A stretch of DNA of 52,568 nt from Coleofasciculus chthonoplastes F2-STO-03 (GCA_040222015.1 JAVJWO010000217.1:1-52568), one strand, 5' to 3'; counted from the stretch's first letter, positions 1 to 9,264 are shown. Numbers and translations: made by a program. The notes: generated from the sequence alone by a model not told the origin.

Positions 1-141
1 CAGCGCTAAAGAGGTACATCGAAAATCAACACTCACCCGATTAATTTATTGGTCATTTCTGTACCGACAATGACCCGCCTATCCATCCCGACACCAACCT
101 GGGTACAGGTATGGTGTGGGGCTTCCGGCGAACAGAGCTAA
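1..141. mobile_element. End of an IS200/IS605 element (tnpA tail plus subterminal hairpin)
   Basis: ccgcctatccatcccgacacc...ggtgtggggcttccggcg (about 76-130) resembles the left-end hairpin of the tnpB element at about 28074-28125. Confidence 0.65.
3..44 (+). CDS. tnpA: 3' end of IS200/IS605 Y1 transposase TnpA (truncated by window edge)
   Basis: Reads ALKRYIENQHSPD*, the typical TnpA C-terminal helix carrying the catalytic Tyr (YIENQ); followed by an IS end-like hairpin. Confidence 0.75.
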   Translation, partial: ALKRYIENQHSPD

Positions 142-171
142 ACCTGACAAAAACAAACTGGAAACCCTCAT

Positions 172-193
172 AAATGACTAATGACTAATGACT
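172..193. repeat. Heptamer tandem repeat (AATGACT)x3, STRR-type
   Basis: aatgact aatgact aatgact read directly. Confidence 0.8.
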
Positions 194-227
194 ATAAGAG
201 CCGTTAACTTTAATTTTTCCCACCTAC

Positions 228-602
228 TTACAATTTTTCCAAATAGGTTAATAAATCAGCCATTTCCTGAGGACTCGGCTGGAACTTGGGCATCGGCGGG
301 GTTTGACCACTAATCACCTGTTCAATCAGACCATTTGCGGATCTGTGTTTAGAAATATGCTGTAAGCTAGGTCCGACCTTGCCATCGGCGTGCATACCGT
401 GACAATCCGCACAATTAATCTCAAAAATAGCTTGCCCTCGAACTGGATCACCGTTGAGAGACAAAACTTTCTGGATATAGGGATCTGAAACTTGCAGCAC
501 CTGAAATCCGAAGATGCCGATGCCGATCACGAACAGTAGGGCGATTACCACCATGGTAATCCGCCGAACTAGGACTTGAGGTTGGTCAAGCTGGTTCTCC
601 AA
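228..602 (-). CDS. cytM: Cytochrome cM (membrane-anchored c-type cytochrome)
   Basis: N-terminal TM helix, CxxCH motif (CADCH), GPSL and MPKF motifs; divergent from petG. Likely TTG start at 602 (ORF is open to 653). Confidence 0.85.
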   Translation of the reverse strand: MENQLDQPQVLVRRITMVVIALLFVIGIGIFGFQVLQVSDPYIQKVLSLNGDPVRGQAIFEINCADCHGMHADGKVGPSLQHISKHRSANGLIEQVISGQTPPMPKFQPSPQEMADLLTYLEKL

Positions 603-815
603 GGGATCTCCTGCCAAGTTGAGAATTTTTGAACAAAGTTGAACTGGACTCACACTGCAACAGAGGTAGAGTTACCCAGGAGGATATTAGTGTAACAGAT
701 TAGAAAGAAGTATGTCGATTCATAAACATAGCTTAAAATTTATGGACTGAGTAAGCAAGCTGGAATCATGAATGTAGTGTAGCCAGCAGTAGGGAAGCGG
801 TTGACGCCCAAATCT

Positions 816-943
816 TACTAGTGCAGCTTGGCAAAAATACTTGAGCAGCTTCGTAGATACGATGAAGCAGGGGGAGCAGGGGGAGCAGGGGAAGCGGGGG
901 GAGATATTAGCTGTTCAGTTATTTCTGCCTTCTTGCACTAGTA
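816..943. mobile_element. MITE-like element with imperfect ~35-bp terminal inverted repeats enclosing G-rich nonamer repeats
   Basis: Left tactagtgcagcttggcaaaaatacttgagcagct versus reverse complement of right end tactagtgcaagaaggcagaaataactgaacagct. Confidence 0.55.
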
Positions 944-1017
944 GTGAGTAGCGATTGGGTCATCTCAGCTAGTAGGATGAGAAACAAGCAAAAAAACTTA
1001 GTATTTGGAGAACGATC

Positions 1018-1131
1018 ATGGTTGAACCATTGCTGTCGGGAATTGTTCTAGGCTTAATCCCTGTTACCCTGGCTGGGTTATTTGTCGCGGCGTACCTACA
1101 ATATAAGCGGGGGAACCAATTGGAATTGTAG
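1018..1131 (+). CDS. petG: Cytochrome b6f complex subunit V (PetG)
   Basis: Translated by hand: [44 protein letters not shown] upstream; below the ORF-track length cutoff. Confidence 0.97.
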   Translation: MVEPLLSGIVLGLIPVTLAGLFVAAYLQYKRGNQLEL

Positions 1132-1134
1132 AAA

Positions 1135-1470
1135 TTGACATCCTCCCCACCCTGCTTACGCGCTCGGGTGGGGATTCCCATCATCACTGAAGGGATTTCC
1201 TGGCTCTACGAGTAACCTTACTTTTTGGAGTTTCCCCCCTCCAAGTAGTGGGTCATCTCATCCCCAGGCGTTACTTTCCGAGCGCCCCTCAGTAGTTGAG
1301 CTAAGCCCTGCAACGCTTTCATCAAAATATTAATCGCTGCATTCGTATCTCGGCAATCAACATACCCACGGCGGAGGACATTTATGGGTACGAGTGGACA
1401 AAGTTTTCTTAATTTCTTGCCCACAGTTGGAACAATCTTGGGATGTGTAATGAGGTGCAACAGCAATCAC
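1135..1470 (-). pseudogene. tnpB: IS200/IS605 tnpB C-terminal remnant with right end (frameshifted, 5'-deleted)
   Basis: Minus strand reads VIAVAPHYTSQDCSNCGQEIKKTLSTRTHKCP, then a frameshift to GYVDCRDTNAAINIL (Zn finger plus RuvC-III); right-end hairpin ending ...GGATGTCAA at 1135. Confidence 0.85.
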
Positions 1471-1480
1471 TGGCACGTCT

Positions 1481-1532
1481 GGAAGCTGGGGGAGATATTA
1501 GCTGTTCAGTTATTTCTGCTTTCTTGCACTAG
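1481..1532. repeat. Second copy of the right half of the 816-943 element
   Basis: ggagatattagctgttcagttatttctgc(c/t)ttcttgcactag is nearly identical to 900-941. Confidence 0.85.
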
Positions 1533-1565
1533 GGATTGTAAAATACCCTCGATTGCAGCGAAGGG

Positions 1566-2204
1566 TCAAAACTTCCCCTGGAGGCGGTAAAACACTAAGG
1601 CGGTGTTGCCGTAGACTTTCTGGCGACAAATTTCCAGTGTAGAGACGCAGCTAGCTACGTCTGTAGAGTCATAATTTTCTTTTACCTTGCCAGCTTCCTC
1701 CTTTTCTTCTGCCTTGTGCCTTGTGCCTTGTGCCTTCAAAAGTTGCGGTGTCCAGTGGTTGGGTCCATATTCCACCGCTAATTCACCCTGATCAGCCAGG
1801 AGTTGATAATGCGCGATCGCGTCTAGAACCGGATTGTACAAATCACTGGCGTAGGGGGGATCAAAATAAATCCGGTCAAATTGCTGATCAGCTAGCGTTT
1901 TTAATCGTCCCACCACATCTCCTCGTATTACCTGAAAGGTTTGCTCCGGTTGAGCCACTTGCCGCCAATTTTGTTGCATAATGGAGCAGGCTTTGCCTTT
2001 TATGTCAATACCTACCACTAAAGATGCACCGCGACAGAGTGCTTCAGCCCCCATCGCGCCTGTACCTGCACAGAGATCCAGCCAACGACATTGTGCGATC
2101 GCACCTTGCCAGATGTTAAATACCGCCTCCCGTACCCGTGCTGGTGTCGGGCGGGTTTCTAGTCCTGGTAAAGTTTTTAGCTGTCGGTTGCCATAAATTC
2201 TCAT
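1566..2204 (-). CDS. rsmD: 16S rRNA (guanine-966-N2) methyltransferase RsmD
   Basis: TRPT..RVREAVFN, WLDLCAGTG, FDPPY, YGNTAL motifs; about 30-aa repeat-derived insert near the C-terminus. Confidence 0.92.
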   Translation of the reverse strand: MRIYGNRQLKTLPGLETRPTPARVREAVFNIWQGAIAQCRWLDLCAGTGAMGAEALCRGASLVVGIDIKGKACSIMQQNWRQVAQPEQTFQVIRGDVVGRLKTLADQQFDRIYFDPPYASDLYNPVLDAIAHYQLLADQGELAVEYGPNHWTPQLLKAQGTRHKAEEKEEAGKVKENYDSTDVASCVSTLEICRQKVYGNTALVFYRLQGKF

Positions 2205-2320
2205 GAATCATACCAAATCCGTTAACATCGGTTGTGTATACTATTAAGCTGATGTGCAGTTAAATGGAGTATTACCTGTTCCTCGTTCTCTGTTGCCTTT
2301 GAAAATACTATAAATTACTT

Positions 2321-3184
2321 ATGCAATCTTACGAAATAGAAGCTCCTCCTTGGTGGGTACAACGCTGGATCGACCTACTCAACTCCTATCGCTTTAAAAA
2401 GCGTTTGGAACGCGCCCGCAAATACGCCAAGGAAGGCAATGTCCTCAGCATTGAATTTGAAGGTCCTCAGGTATTAGCACGGGTACAAGGAACAGAACCA
2501 GAACCCTATCAAGTTTCCCTATCGATTGATCCATTTACCGAAGAAGACTGGGGTTATGTAGTGGAAACGATGGCGCAAGAAGCTATTTATTCGGCTCAAT
2601 TATTAGCTGGGGAAATGCCGGAAAATATTGAGCAAGTGTTCACCGCTAATGGGTTGAGCCTATTTCCCTTCACGCTTTCAGATATTCACTCAAAATGCAG
2701 TTGTCCTGATCCCCAGAACCCCTGTAAACATATTGGTGCAATTTACTATCAATTAGGCGATCGCTTTAGTGAAGATCCCTTTGTCTTATTCCAGTTACGA
2801 GGACGTACTAAAGCACAAATTCTGGATGATTTGCGTCATTTACGGAGTACGGGGAGTGTAGAACTAAAACATGATAAAAAAGCAGAGGTTGAGTCCCAAT
2901 CCAGTCAATCCGCCGTTACATCCAGTCGATTAGAGAACCAGCAAAATGAGGGAGAAGCAGCCGTTGATACTCCAGTTAAACTTGAGCAATTTTGGCAATA
3001 CGAAAAACCGCTTGATCCCTCTCTGGTTGTCATTACTCCTCCTCCAGACAACCGTACTGTATTGGATGTCTTAGGGACAATCCCCTTAGCAGCAGCTGAT
3101 AGTCGTGTGATGCAATATTTTCGGGAAGTTTATCAACTGGTTAGTCAACAGGCGATGATGTCCGCTCTGAATCGGGAAACTTAA
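2321..3184 (+). CDS. SWIM zinc-finger protein
   Basis: CSCPD...PCKH SWIM motif; RLERARKYA N-terminal motif; DPFVLFQLRG. Confidence 0.88.
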   Translation: MQSYEIEAPPWWVQRWIDLLNSYRFKKRLERARKYAKEGNVLSIEFEGPQVLARVQGTEPEPYQVSLSIDPFTEEDWGYVVETMAQEAIYSAQLLAGEMPENIEQVFTANGLSLFPFTLSDIHSKCSCPDPQNPCKHIGAIYYQLGDRFSEDPFVLFQLRGRTKAQILDDLRHLRSTGSVELKHDKKAEVESQSSQSAVTSSRLENQQNEGEAAVDTPVKLEQFWQYEKPLDPSLVVITPPPDNRTVLDVLGTIPLAAADSRVMQYFREVYQLVSQQAMMSALNRET

Positions 3185-3766
3185 TAAAAGAAGGCTCCAG
3201 GGCAGATGGATACACTTGTGTGTGGGTTCTGATCTGCTTTTTCGTCTATTGTTAATGGGTTGGTATTTGAAGCCGCGCTGAACTAAGTTATTGAGTTAAA
3301 TTTGTGTTTCTTGTCATGTCCCTCAAGAAATAGCTCAACAAACATTAACGATCTAGGCGCGATCGCCGATCAGTTTAGTTTAAAGTATTCAATTTCATAA
3401 ATTGCACCAATCGCCAGCCAATCGGTTTTTGACTCCTCGTGCAATATCTGAATAGAACACCAGTTCAGTCGTCTCATCTTTAATCTATTCTTCTCGAAAA
3501 AATTACAACTACTTCAATGACTTCCCAGCGCGACGCTGATTGCAGCGTTTGCGTAAATTATCATAGAATATTAACTGTATTACTTGTTTTACATTGTCTT
3601 ACAGCTTTGAGTGCCTTTCAGACTGCAACCTGAAAGAGAGAAACCACTCATCACCGACTGAGAGCAAGTTGCCATTGTGTAACAGCAAGTCAGAACCCTT
3701 ACTCCTTGCTGAGTAGATTGTCACGCTTTGTAGGGGAGCATCTATCTGAACAATATAAGATGAGAG

Positions 3767-5629
3767 ATGATCATGCAGCAGCCAGATCAAGGCGGTAAGG
3801 GGGATCAATCCCCAGATGTGCTGTCACCCGAACAAGCGTGGAAACTTTTGACAGCCCTAGCGGGTAAAGAGCGCATGTTGCAGGATCGAGGCGCACAGAA
3901 GGTTGTACCCCTATTATGTGAATGGCTGGGATATCTGTCGTTAGGCATAGAGTTAGTCGGGCGATACTTAGCCAAACACCCCGATATGTCTTTAACTGAT
4001 ATGCTCAAACGGCTGGAAGCGCGACATCCTGATACAGCAAGCCAGCCGCCAAGCCAACCGACACTCCAATGGGGAATCAACACCATCTTGGAATGGGTCT
4101 GGAGAGAACTCAATCCCCTAACCCAGCAGGTTGGTCAACTTTTGAGCTTATTTGCCCCAACCCTCTGGCGTTGGCAATGGTTAGACTATGCCAGTGATTT
4201 CTTGCATTGGAGACAGGCAGATCTCGACCAAGCCCAAACTCAACTGTATCAGTGGCGTTTAATTGAGTCAGTGGCAAATCGCCGGGGTTGCTACACAGTT
4301 GAGCCCTTAATTCGGGAGTTTTTTCGCAAAAAACTGGAGACATTGGATGCACCCACCGTCTTTGTATCTCACCCTCCTTTTCCGTTCCCACCCCAGGCGT
4401 CGTCCAAGCCGATTTCCCAGCCACCTCAACCGGATACTCACTCTTCTTTGCCAAAGCAAATTTCCCATGACGATTCAGCCCCGCAGACGCCACCTCCTAG
4501 AGAATGGTCTTCATTTCTCTCTCCTTATCCTGACGTCCCTGGGTCTGGTGAAGATTGCTTGATTGAGCAGCACCTCTATTTTCCGATTACGAATTCCACC
4601 TGTTCGTGTCAACGAGACAACTCTCACATTGCTCATTCAGGAGTTTCCCAAAAAAGCAAGAATAAAGCACCACCCTTAAAAAAACTTCAGGCTAATGACT
4701 TCAGGCAGGCTTTTACCGCTATTCTTATCGAACTGGTTCAGCAAATTCCTGATTGTCCTACCCCAGAGCAGATAACGTTTTTGGATGAGATCCTGCCTCA
4801 CATTCAAGAAATAGCCCACACCCTAGAATCAGCCGTAAGGGATGAAGATTTACTCTGCTTATTTGACAGTTTGGGCAAATTCTATAAAGGTCAAGGATTA
4901 ACGGATTTACTTTGGCTATTTGATCGCTTAGGTAGATTTTATCAGCATCAGGGAGTGGGCAATCAGGCAGAATCCTGGTTTCGGCGGTGCGTATCTATCG
5001 CCCAAGCTGCTTTTGGTGAGGAACATCTTGATGTTGCCACTAGCTTGAATAATTTGGCAGGACTCTACTATACTCAAGGTCGCTACAGTGAAGCTGAACC
5101 CCTTTATTTGCAAGCCTTAGAGGTGAGAAAATATCTGTTAGGTAATCATCATCTTGATGTTGCCACCAGCTTGAATAATCTGGCAGGACTTTACTATGCT
5201 CAAGGTCGCTACAGTGAAGCTGAACCCCTTTATCTGCAAGTTTTAGAGGTGAGAAAACGTCTTTTAGGCAATTGTCATCTTAATGTTGCCAGTAGCCTCA
5301 ACAATTTGGGATTATTGTACTATGCTCAAGGTCACTACAGTAAAGCTGAACCCCTTTACTTGCAAGCCTTAGAGATGAGAAAGTCTCTCTTAGGCAATTG
5401 CCATCCGGCTGTGGCGACTAGCATTAACAATTTAGCCGGACTCTACAATTCTCAAAAACGCTACAGAGATGCAGAATCGCTATTAGTTCAGGCATTAAGT
5501 TTGAGTGAACAGCACTTAGGACGCGAGCATCCTAATACGGCTATTTTTCGCAAAAATTTATCCATTCTCCGTACTCAGATGAAGACTAATCGTAGCTGGT
5601 GGCAGTGGTTATGGCAACAGGAAGATTAG
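3767..5629 (+). CDS. Tetratricopeptide-repeat protein with NB-ARC-like helical/winged-helix N-terminal part
   Basis: 42-aa repeats ATSLNNLAGLYYxQGRYSEAEPLY; LCEWLGYLSLGIELVGRYL resembles the GxP motif region of NB-ARC; no Walker A seen. Confidence 0.85.
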   Translation: MIMQQPDQGGKGDQSPDVLSPEQAWKLLTALAGKERMLQDRGAQKVVPLLCEWLGYLSLGIELVGRYLAKHPDMSLTDMLKRLEARHPDTASQPPSQPTLQWGINTILEWVWRELNPLTQQVGQLLSLFAPTLWRWQWLDYASDFLHWRQADLDQAQTQLYQWRLIESVANRRGCYTVEPLIREFFRKKLETLDAPTVFVSHPPFPFPPQASSKPISQPPQPDTHSSLPKQISHDDSAPQTPPPREWSSFLSPYPDVPGSGEDCLIEQHLYFPITNSTCSCQRDNSHIAHSGVSQKSKNKAPPLKKLQANDFRQAFTAILIELVQQIPDCPTPEQITFLDEILPHIQEIAHTLESAVRDEDLLCLFDSLGKFYKGQGLTDLLWLFDRLGRFYQHQGVGNQAESWFRRCVSIAQAAFGEEHLDVATSLNNLAGLYYTQGRYSEAEPLYLQALEVRKYLLGNHHLDVATSLNNLAGLYYAQGRYSEAEPLYLQVLEVRKRLLGNCHLNVASSLNNLGLLYYAQGHYSKAEPLYLQALEMRKSLLGNCHPAVATSINNLAGLYNSQKRYRDAESLLVQALSLSEQHLGREHPNTAIFRKNLSILRTQMKTNRSWWQWLWQQED

Positions 5630-5725
5630 GGAGGAAGATTAGGGAGCAAGATTAAGATTAGGGAGCAAGATGCTCCCACTACTTTATAATTTATCCGTTG
5701 TTCAGGAAAAAGACTCCCTCAGCCA

Positions 5726-7312
5726 TTAAACAGCAGACACTTTTAAGCTACTCGGTTCTCCCAGTTTTCCTTCTAAAACCACACCCCGTTGATTAGTGTG
5801 GAGATGGCGCAGAATTTTATAAATGGCTTCTATTTGGTCAGTCGCTCCCGCTTTTTGGGCTAACTGTGATAAAGACATCGATTCTCCTTGATCTTGCAAC
5901 ACCTGAATGACCCGTTTCTGTAAATCCAAAATTGCAGAGGCGGCTTTTTTCCCTGCTTCCACTCCAGGTTGATGGTAAGCGTTGATATTTACCAGGGAGG
6001 CGTACAATCCCACAGCCCGATCATATAAAGCAATCAGCGCTCCAACCGTGCGAGGATTAACGTGGGGAATTGTTACGGTAATCGAATCTCGTTGATTGTC
6101 ATACAAGGCTTTTCGGGTTCCCTGTAATAAACCGGATAAATAGTCACCGGACGTTACCCCGGCTTCTACCTCTGGGGAGTGTCCCTCGCGATCGCGCAAC
6201 ACTTCAATAAAGGTGACAAAGAAATTGGGAACCCCTTCGCGCAACTGCTGTACGTAGGCATGTTGATCGGTTGTGCCTTTATTGCCGTAAACGGCGATTC
6301 CCTGATGTACAGTATTACCATCGAGGTCTTTTTCTTTACCCAAGGATTCCATAACTAACTGCTGGAGGTATCGAGAAAATAGCAGCAGGCTATCTTTGTA
6401 AGGTAAAACCACCATATCTTTTTCACCCTGACCATTCCCCGAAAAATACCAGGAAAGTGCCAGCAAAGCCGCCGGGTTTTCTTGGAGATTGTGGACACGG
6501 GTGACACTATCCATTTCCTTGGCACCTGCCAGCATCTGGCGGATATCAATTCCTTGCAGTGCGGCGGGTAACAGTCCCACTGCTGACATTTCTGACGTGC
6601 GTCCTCCTACCCAGTCATACATAGGAAAGGTTGCCAGCCACCCTTCGGATTGCGCCATTTTCTCTAAATTACTATCTTCACCCGTAATCGCCACAGCATG
6701 GGCAGCAAAGTCTAGTTTCTGGGATTCATAAGCTTTTTTTGCCTCAACCATGCCATTGCGGGTTTCTGGGGTTCCTCCAGACTTAGAAATGACTAAGACG
6801 AGGGTGCTAGCCAAACGATCTTGCAGTTTCGCAATAGTGGCATCAATTCCCGCCGGATCAGTGTTATCTATAAAATGAATCCTTAGAGGCGGGATATTAG
6901 GGGCAAGGGCATCGGCGACAAACTCAGGACCCAATGCTGAACCGCCAATGCCGATGGAAAGAATATCGGTGAATTTAGATGAACCTGGGGGATGGATATC
7001 ACCACTATGGACTTTAGTGGTAAAGGATTCAATCTTCTCTAAGACAGTGAGGATATCTTGACGTAGTTCGGGGGTAGGCGCTATGTCAGGATCTCGTAAC
7101 CAATAGTGACCCACCATCCGATTTTCATCGGGATTGGCGATCGCGCCCCTCTCCAATGCCTCCATATCCTGAAATGCCTTCTCAAACTTAGGTCGCATCG
7201 CCTCGACAAAGGCATCATCAAATCGCATACGGCTGACGTCGAGGTAAAAGTCTAACCCTTGGTGGTAATAGAGCCAGTCCTGATAGCGTTGCCAGAGTGC
7301 AGGGGCGTCCAT
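5726..7312 (-). CDS. pgi: Glucose-6-phosphate isomerase
   Basis: [42 protein letters not shown] motifs. Confidence 0.97.
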   Translation of the reverse strand: MDAPALWQRYQDWLYYHQGLDFYLDVSRMRFDDAFVEAMRPKFEKAFQDMEALERGAIANPDENRMVGHYWLRDPDIAPTPELRQDILTVLEKIESFTTKVHSGDIHPPGSSKFTDILSIGIGGSALGPEFVADALAPNIPPLRIHFIDNTDPAGIDATIAKLQDRLASTLVLVISKSGGTPETRNGMVEAKKAYESQKLDFAAHAVAITGEDSNLEKMAQSEGWLATFPMYDWVGGRTSEMSAVGLLPAALQGIDIRQMLAGAKEMDSVTRVHNLQENPAALLALSWYFSGNGQGEKDMVVLPYKDSLLLFSRYLQQLVMESLGKEKDLDGNTVHQGIAVYGNKGTTDQHAYVQQLREGVPNFFVTFIEVLRDREGHSPEVEAGVTSGDYLSGLLQGTRKALYDNQRDSITVTIPHVNPRTVGALIALYDRAVGLYASLVNINAYHQPGVEAGKKAASAILDLQKRVIQVLQDQGESMSLSQLAQKAGATDQIEAIYKILRHLHTNQRGVVLEGKLGEPSSLKVSAV

Positions 7313-7461
7313 AAGTAGCTTCTCAAATTCCTGTTTTTTCCAATCACAAGTTTATGTTGTCCGGGGATCAGTTGTCAGTTTTCCTTTTCCAGTGGTTTAG
7401 TTTCATATCCTGTCCGTCTTCCCAGTCAGCCTTTCCTCCTGCCTTCTGCCCTGGAGCATTC

Positions 7462-7719
7462 TCAAATATACGGCTTGGGCAACACGCGCAAAAACTTGAC
7501 GATGTGACCTGTCACTTCAATCCCTACCATATAGTTGTCGATGGTAAATCGGTAAAAAATAGCATCTGAGCCGATGGGGTGAAGCCCTGGCAAGTCGTGA
7601 ATGCTGCTGAGATGCATGAACTTTTCAAAAACCATGTCATAGACCTGCTGATAAGCAGCCGACTCTAGATTTTTGAGATCTTGTAGGAAAGACCGCGCAT
7701 AGCGTACTTCTAGACTCAC
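7462..7719 (-). CDS. RelE/ParE-superfamily toxin-like protein
   Basis: 85 aa; YARSFLQDLKNL N-terminus and YRFTIDNY..G core typical of RelE-like proteins; downstream of a small co-oriented gene. Confidence 0.65.
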   Translation of the reverse strand: MSLEVRYARSFLQDLKNLESAAYQQVYDMVFEKFMHLSSIHDLPGLHPIGSDAIFYRFTIDNYMVGIEVTGHIVKFLRVLPKPYI

Positions 7720-7769
7720 AGGATATACCCCGATTCCCCAGGAATCATTCTAATCTTTCTGCAAAGATT

Positions 7770-7988
7770 TTAGGGCAGATTTAGCAGTCGCAGCGCCTCT
7801 TCACGGGTCATCGCATCTCCGGGTCGAATTGTTCGCATGGATTCTTGCATGGCACAGAGCATATACAAGTCATAATAGAACGGTTGCAGAACTTTCCAGG
7901 CGTCTGCCAAGCTTTCATCAGGGAGTTGATCCACTAAATCAGGTAACTGTTGAGTTAAGCGTTGCAATCGACCTCTGAGTAAATTCAT
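7770..7988 (-). CDS. Small hypothetical protein, putative antitoxin partner
   Basis: 72 aa from ATG at 7988; C-terminal MTREEAL motif seen in antitoxins; directly upstream of the RelE-like gene. Confidence 0.55.
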   Translation of the reverse strand: MNLLRGRLQRLTQQLPDLVDQLPDESLADAWKVLQPFYYDLYMLCAMQESMRTIRPGDAMTREEALRLLNLP

Positions 7989-8059
7989 CAGCAAAGAATA
8001 GTTGGTAAAAGTATAGTCAAATATAGACAGACATAATTTCATTGCAGAAATTCCCTTCC

Positions 8060-8388
8060 CTTTTACTTTGAGAGATTAATTCTCATAATCGTGAACTACG
8101 CACCTCTCTATCCCATAGCGGTTAAACGCAAAAGGGAGATGCTTTTCGTAAAATATTGTAGGAACCTATGACATCAGATTGAACAAGAACCCCCTGATTT
8201 GTACGATATAAACCTCGTTTAATTCTTTTTCCTGAAAAAATGGGTTTTTCAGTGATCTGTCCATAAACGGGGAGAGGATCTAAATTCAAAAAATTAGAAG
8301 CTGAGGTATAGGATTCTTCTTGAAGAATCACCGATACATAACAATCACATTTCGGAACTATTCTCACTTCTGCTATACGGTTAGCCAC
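8060..8388 (-). pseudogene. tnpB: Internally deleted and frameshifted IS200/IS605 tnpB remnant
   Basis: EVRIVPK..CY fused directly to QEESYTS.SNFL.LDPLP, FSGKRIKRGLYRT, SDVIGSYNILRK; a shifted frame continues AFNRYGIERCVVH. Confidence 0.8.
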
Positions 8389-8425
8389 TGGTTAGAGACG
8401 TTGCATGCAACGCCTCTACATAGTA

Positions 8426-8821
8426 TGGGGGCAGAGGGACTTGAACCCTCACGACCTTTTACGGTCAACGGATTTTCATTCTCACTGTAGCTTTCGCTAC
8501 TGCTTTAACCTGTAGCTTTCGCTACTGCTTTAACCAGCATCTGAGAATTGGACTCTCTCTTTACCCTCGGCTTCACGTTAGGGTAGCTCCCGTCGAGTCT
8601 CTGCACCTTCCGATACCTGTTGATCCTTCGCTTCGCTTTAGGACAGGTTTTGAGTGAGTTGGGTTGACTCATCACTCTTATCGGCTTGGCTCAGGATTGC
8701 CTTATCTGTATTTGTTTTCAGACGTAGGTTTCCCTGAATTTGAGAGCATTCACTTGACAGATTTCTCCATCAAGGCTCAATTTACTTAAGTCCGTAGCGT
8801 CTACCATTCCGCCACGCCCCC
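8426..8821 (-). tRNA. trnL: tRNA-Leu(UAA), interrupted by a group I intron (exon 1 8821-8788, exon 2 8476-8426)
   Basis: 5' exon GGGGGCGTGGCGGAATGGTAGACGCTACGGACTT; 3' exon AAAATCCGTTGACC...GGTTCAAGTCCCTCTGCCCCCA; acceptor stem pairs; UAA anticodon is split after U34. Confidence 0.97.
8477..8787 (-). ncRNA. Group I self-splicing intron of tRNA-Leu(UAA), 311 nt
   Basis: Conserved core elements AATTCAGGGAAACC (P), AATCCTGAGCC (Q), GTGCAGAGACTCGACGG (R), GAGAGTCC (S); terminal ...GAGAATG. Confidence 0.95.
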
Positions 8822-9045
8822 TTCCGGGTTGTGCTTCGGTATTGAAGTCTACCTCAAAACCTCCGCATTTGTCTATTTGAACATTAAATGGGGCAGATTG
8901 GCAACTAGAAAATTTGAGGAACCTGGACAAGGTAAGATAGTAGGGGCGATAGAAGAGTCTTAGGATAGCCTAGCGTCGGGCTATTCAACTCTTGATTCTC
9001 CGATCGCCTGTATTCTGTAGACGAGTTGTCGCTATAACGACCATC

Positions 9046-9258
9046 ATGATTGTTGCATTACTCTATCTCGCTTTAGGGGGACTCTACCTAGTCGTCGTTC
9101 CCTTGGTCACATACTTTTACCTCAAACAGCGCTGGTACGTCGCTAGCTCCTTTGAGCGTAGCTTTATGTACTTTCTCGTCTTTTTCTTCTTCCCCGGATT
9201 GTTACTGTTCAGCCCATTCCTGAACTTCCGCCCCAAGAAGCGTCAGATCCAAGCTTAA
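9046..9258 (+). CDS. ndhL: NAD(P)H-quinone oxidoreductase subunit L
   Basis: [31 protein letters not shown]; conserved ndhL-DUF3007-trpA order. Confidence 0.93.
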   Translation: MIVALLYLALGGLYLVVVPLVTYFYLKQRWYVASSFERSFMYFLVFFFFPGLLLFSPFLNFRPKKRQIQA

Positions 9259-9264
9259 TCACCA

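Noticed and set aside
969..1187. 72-aa minus-strand ORF
   Set aside because: Antisense shadow of petG (1018-1131) plus the IS right end.
5020..5560. 126-bp nucleotide repeats
   Set aside because: Fully explained by the 42-aa TPR repeats of the CDS.
8718..8930. 70-aa minus-strand ORF
   Set aside because: Overlaps tRNA-Leu exon 1 and the intron core; no homing-endonuclease motif; spurious.
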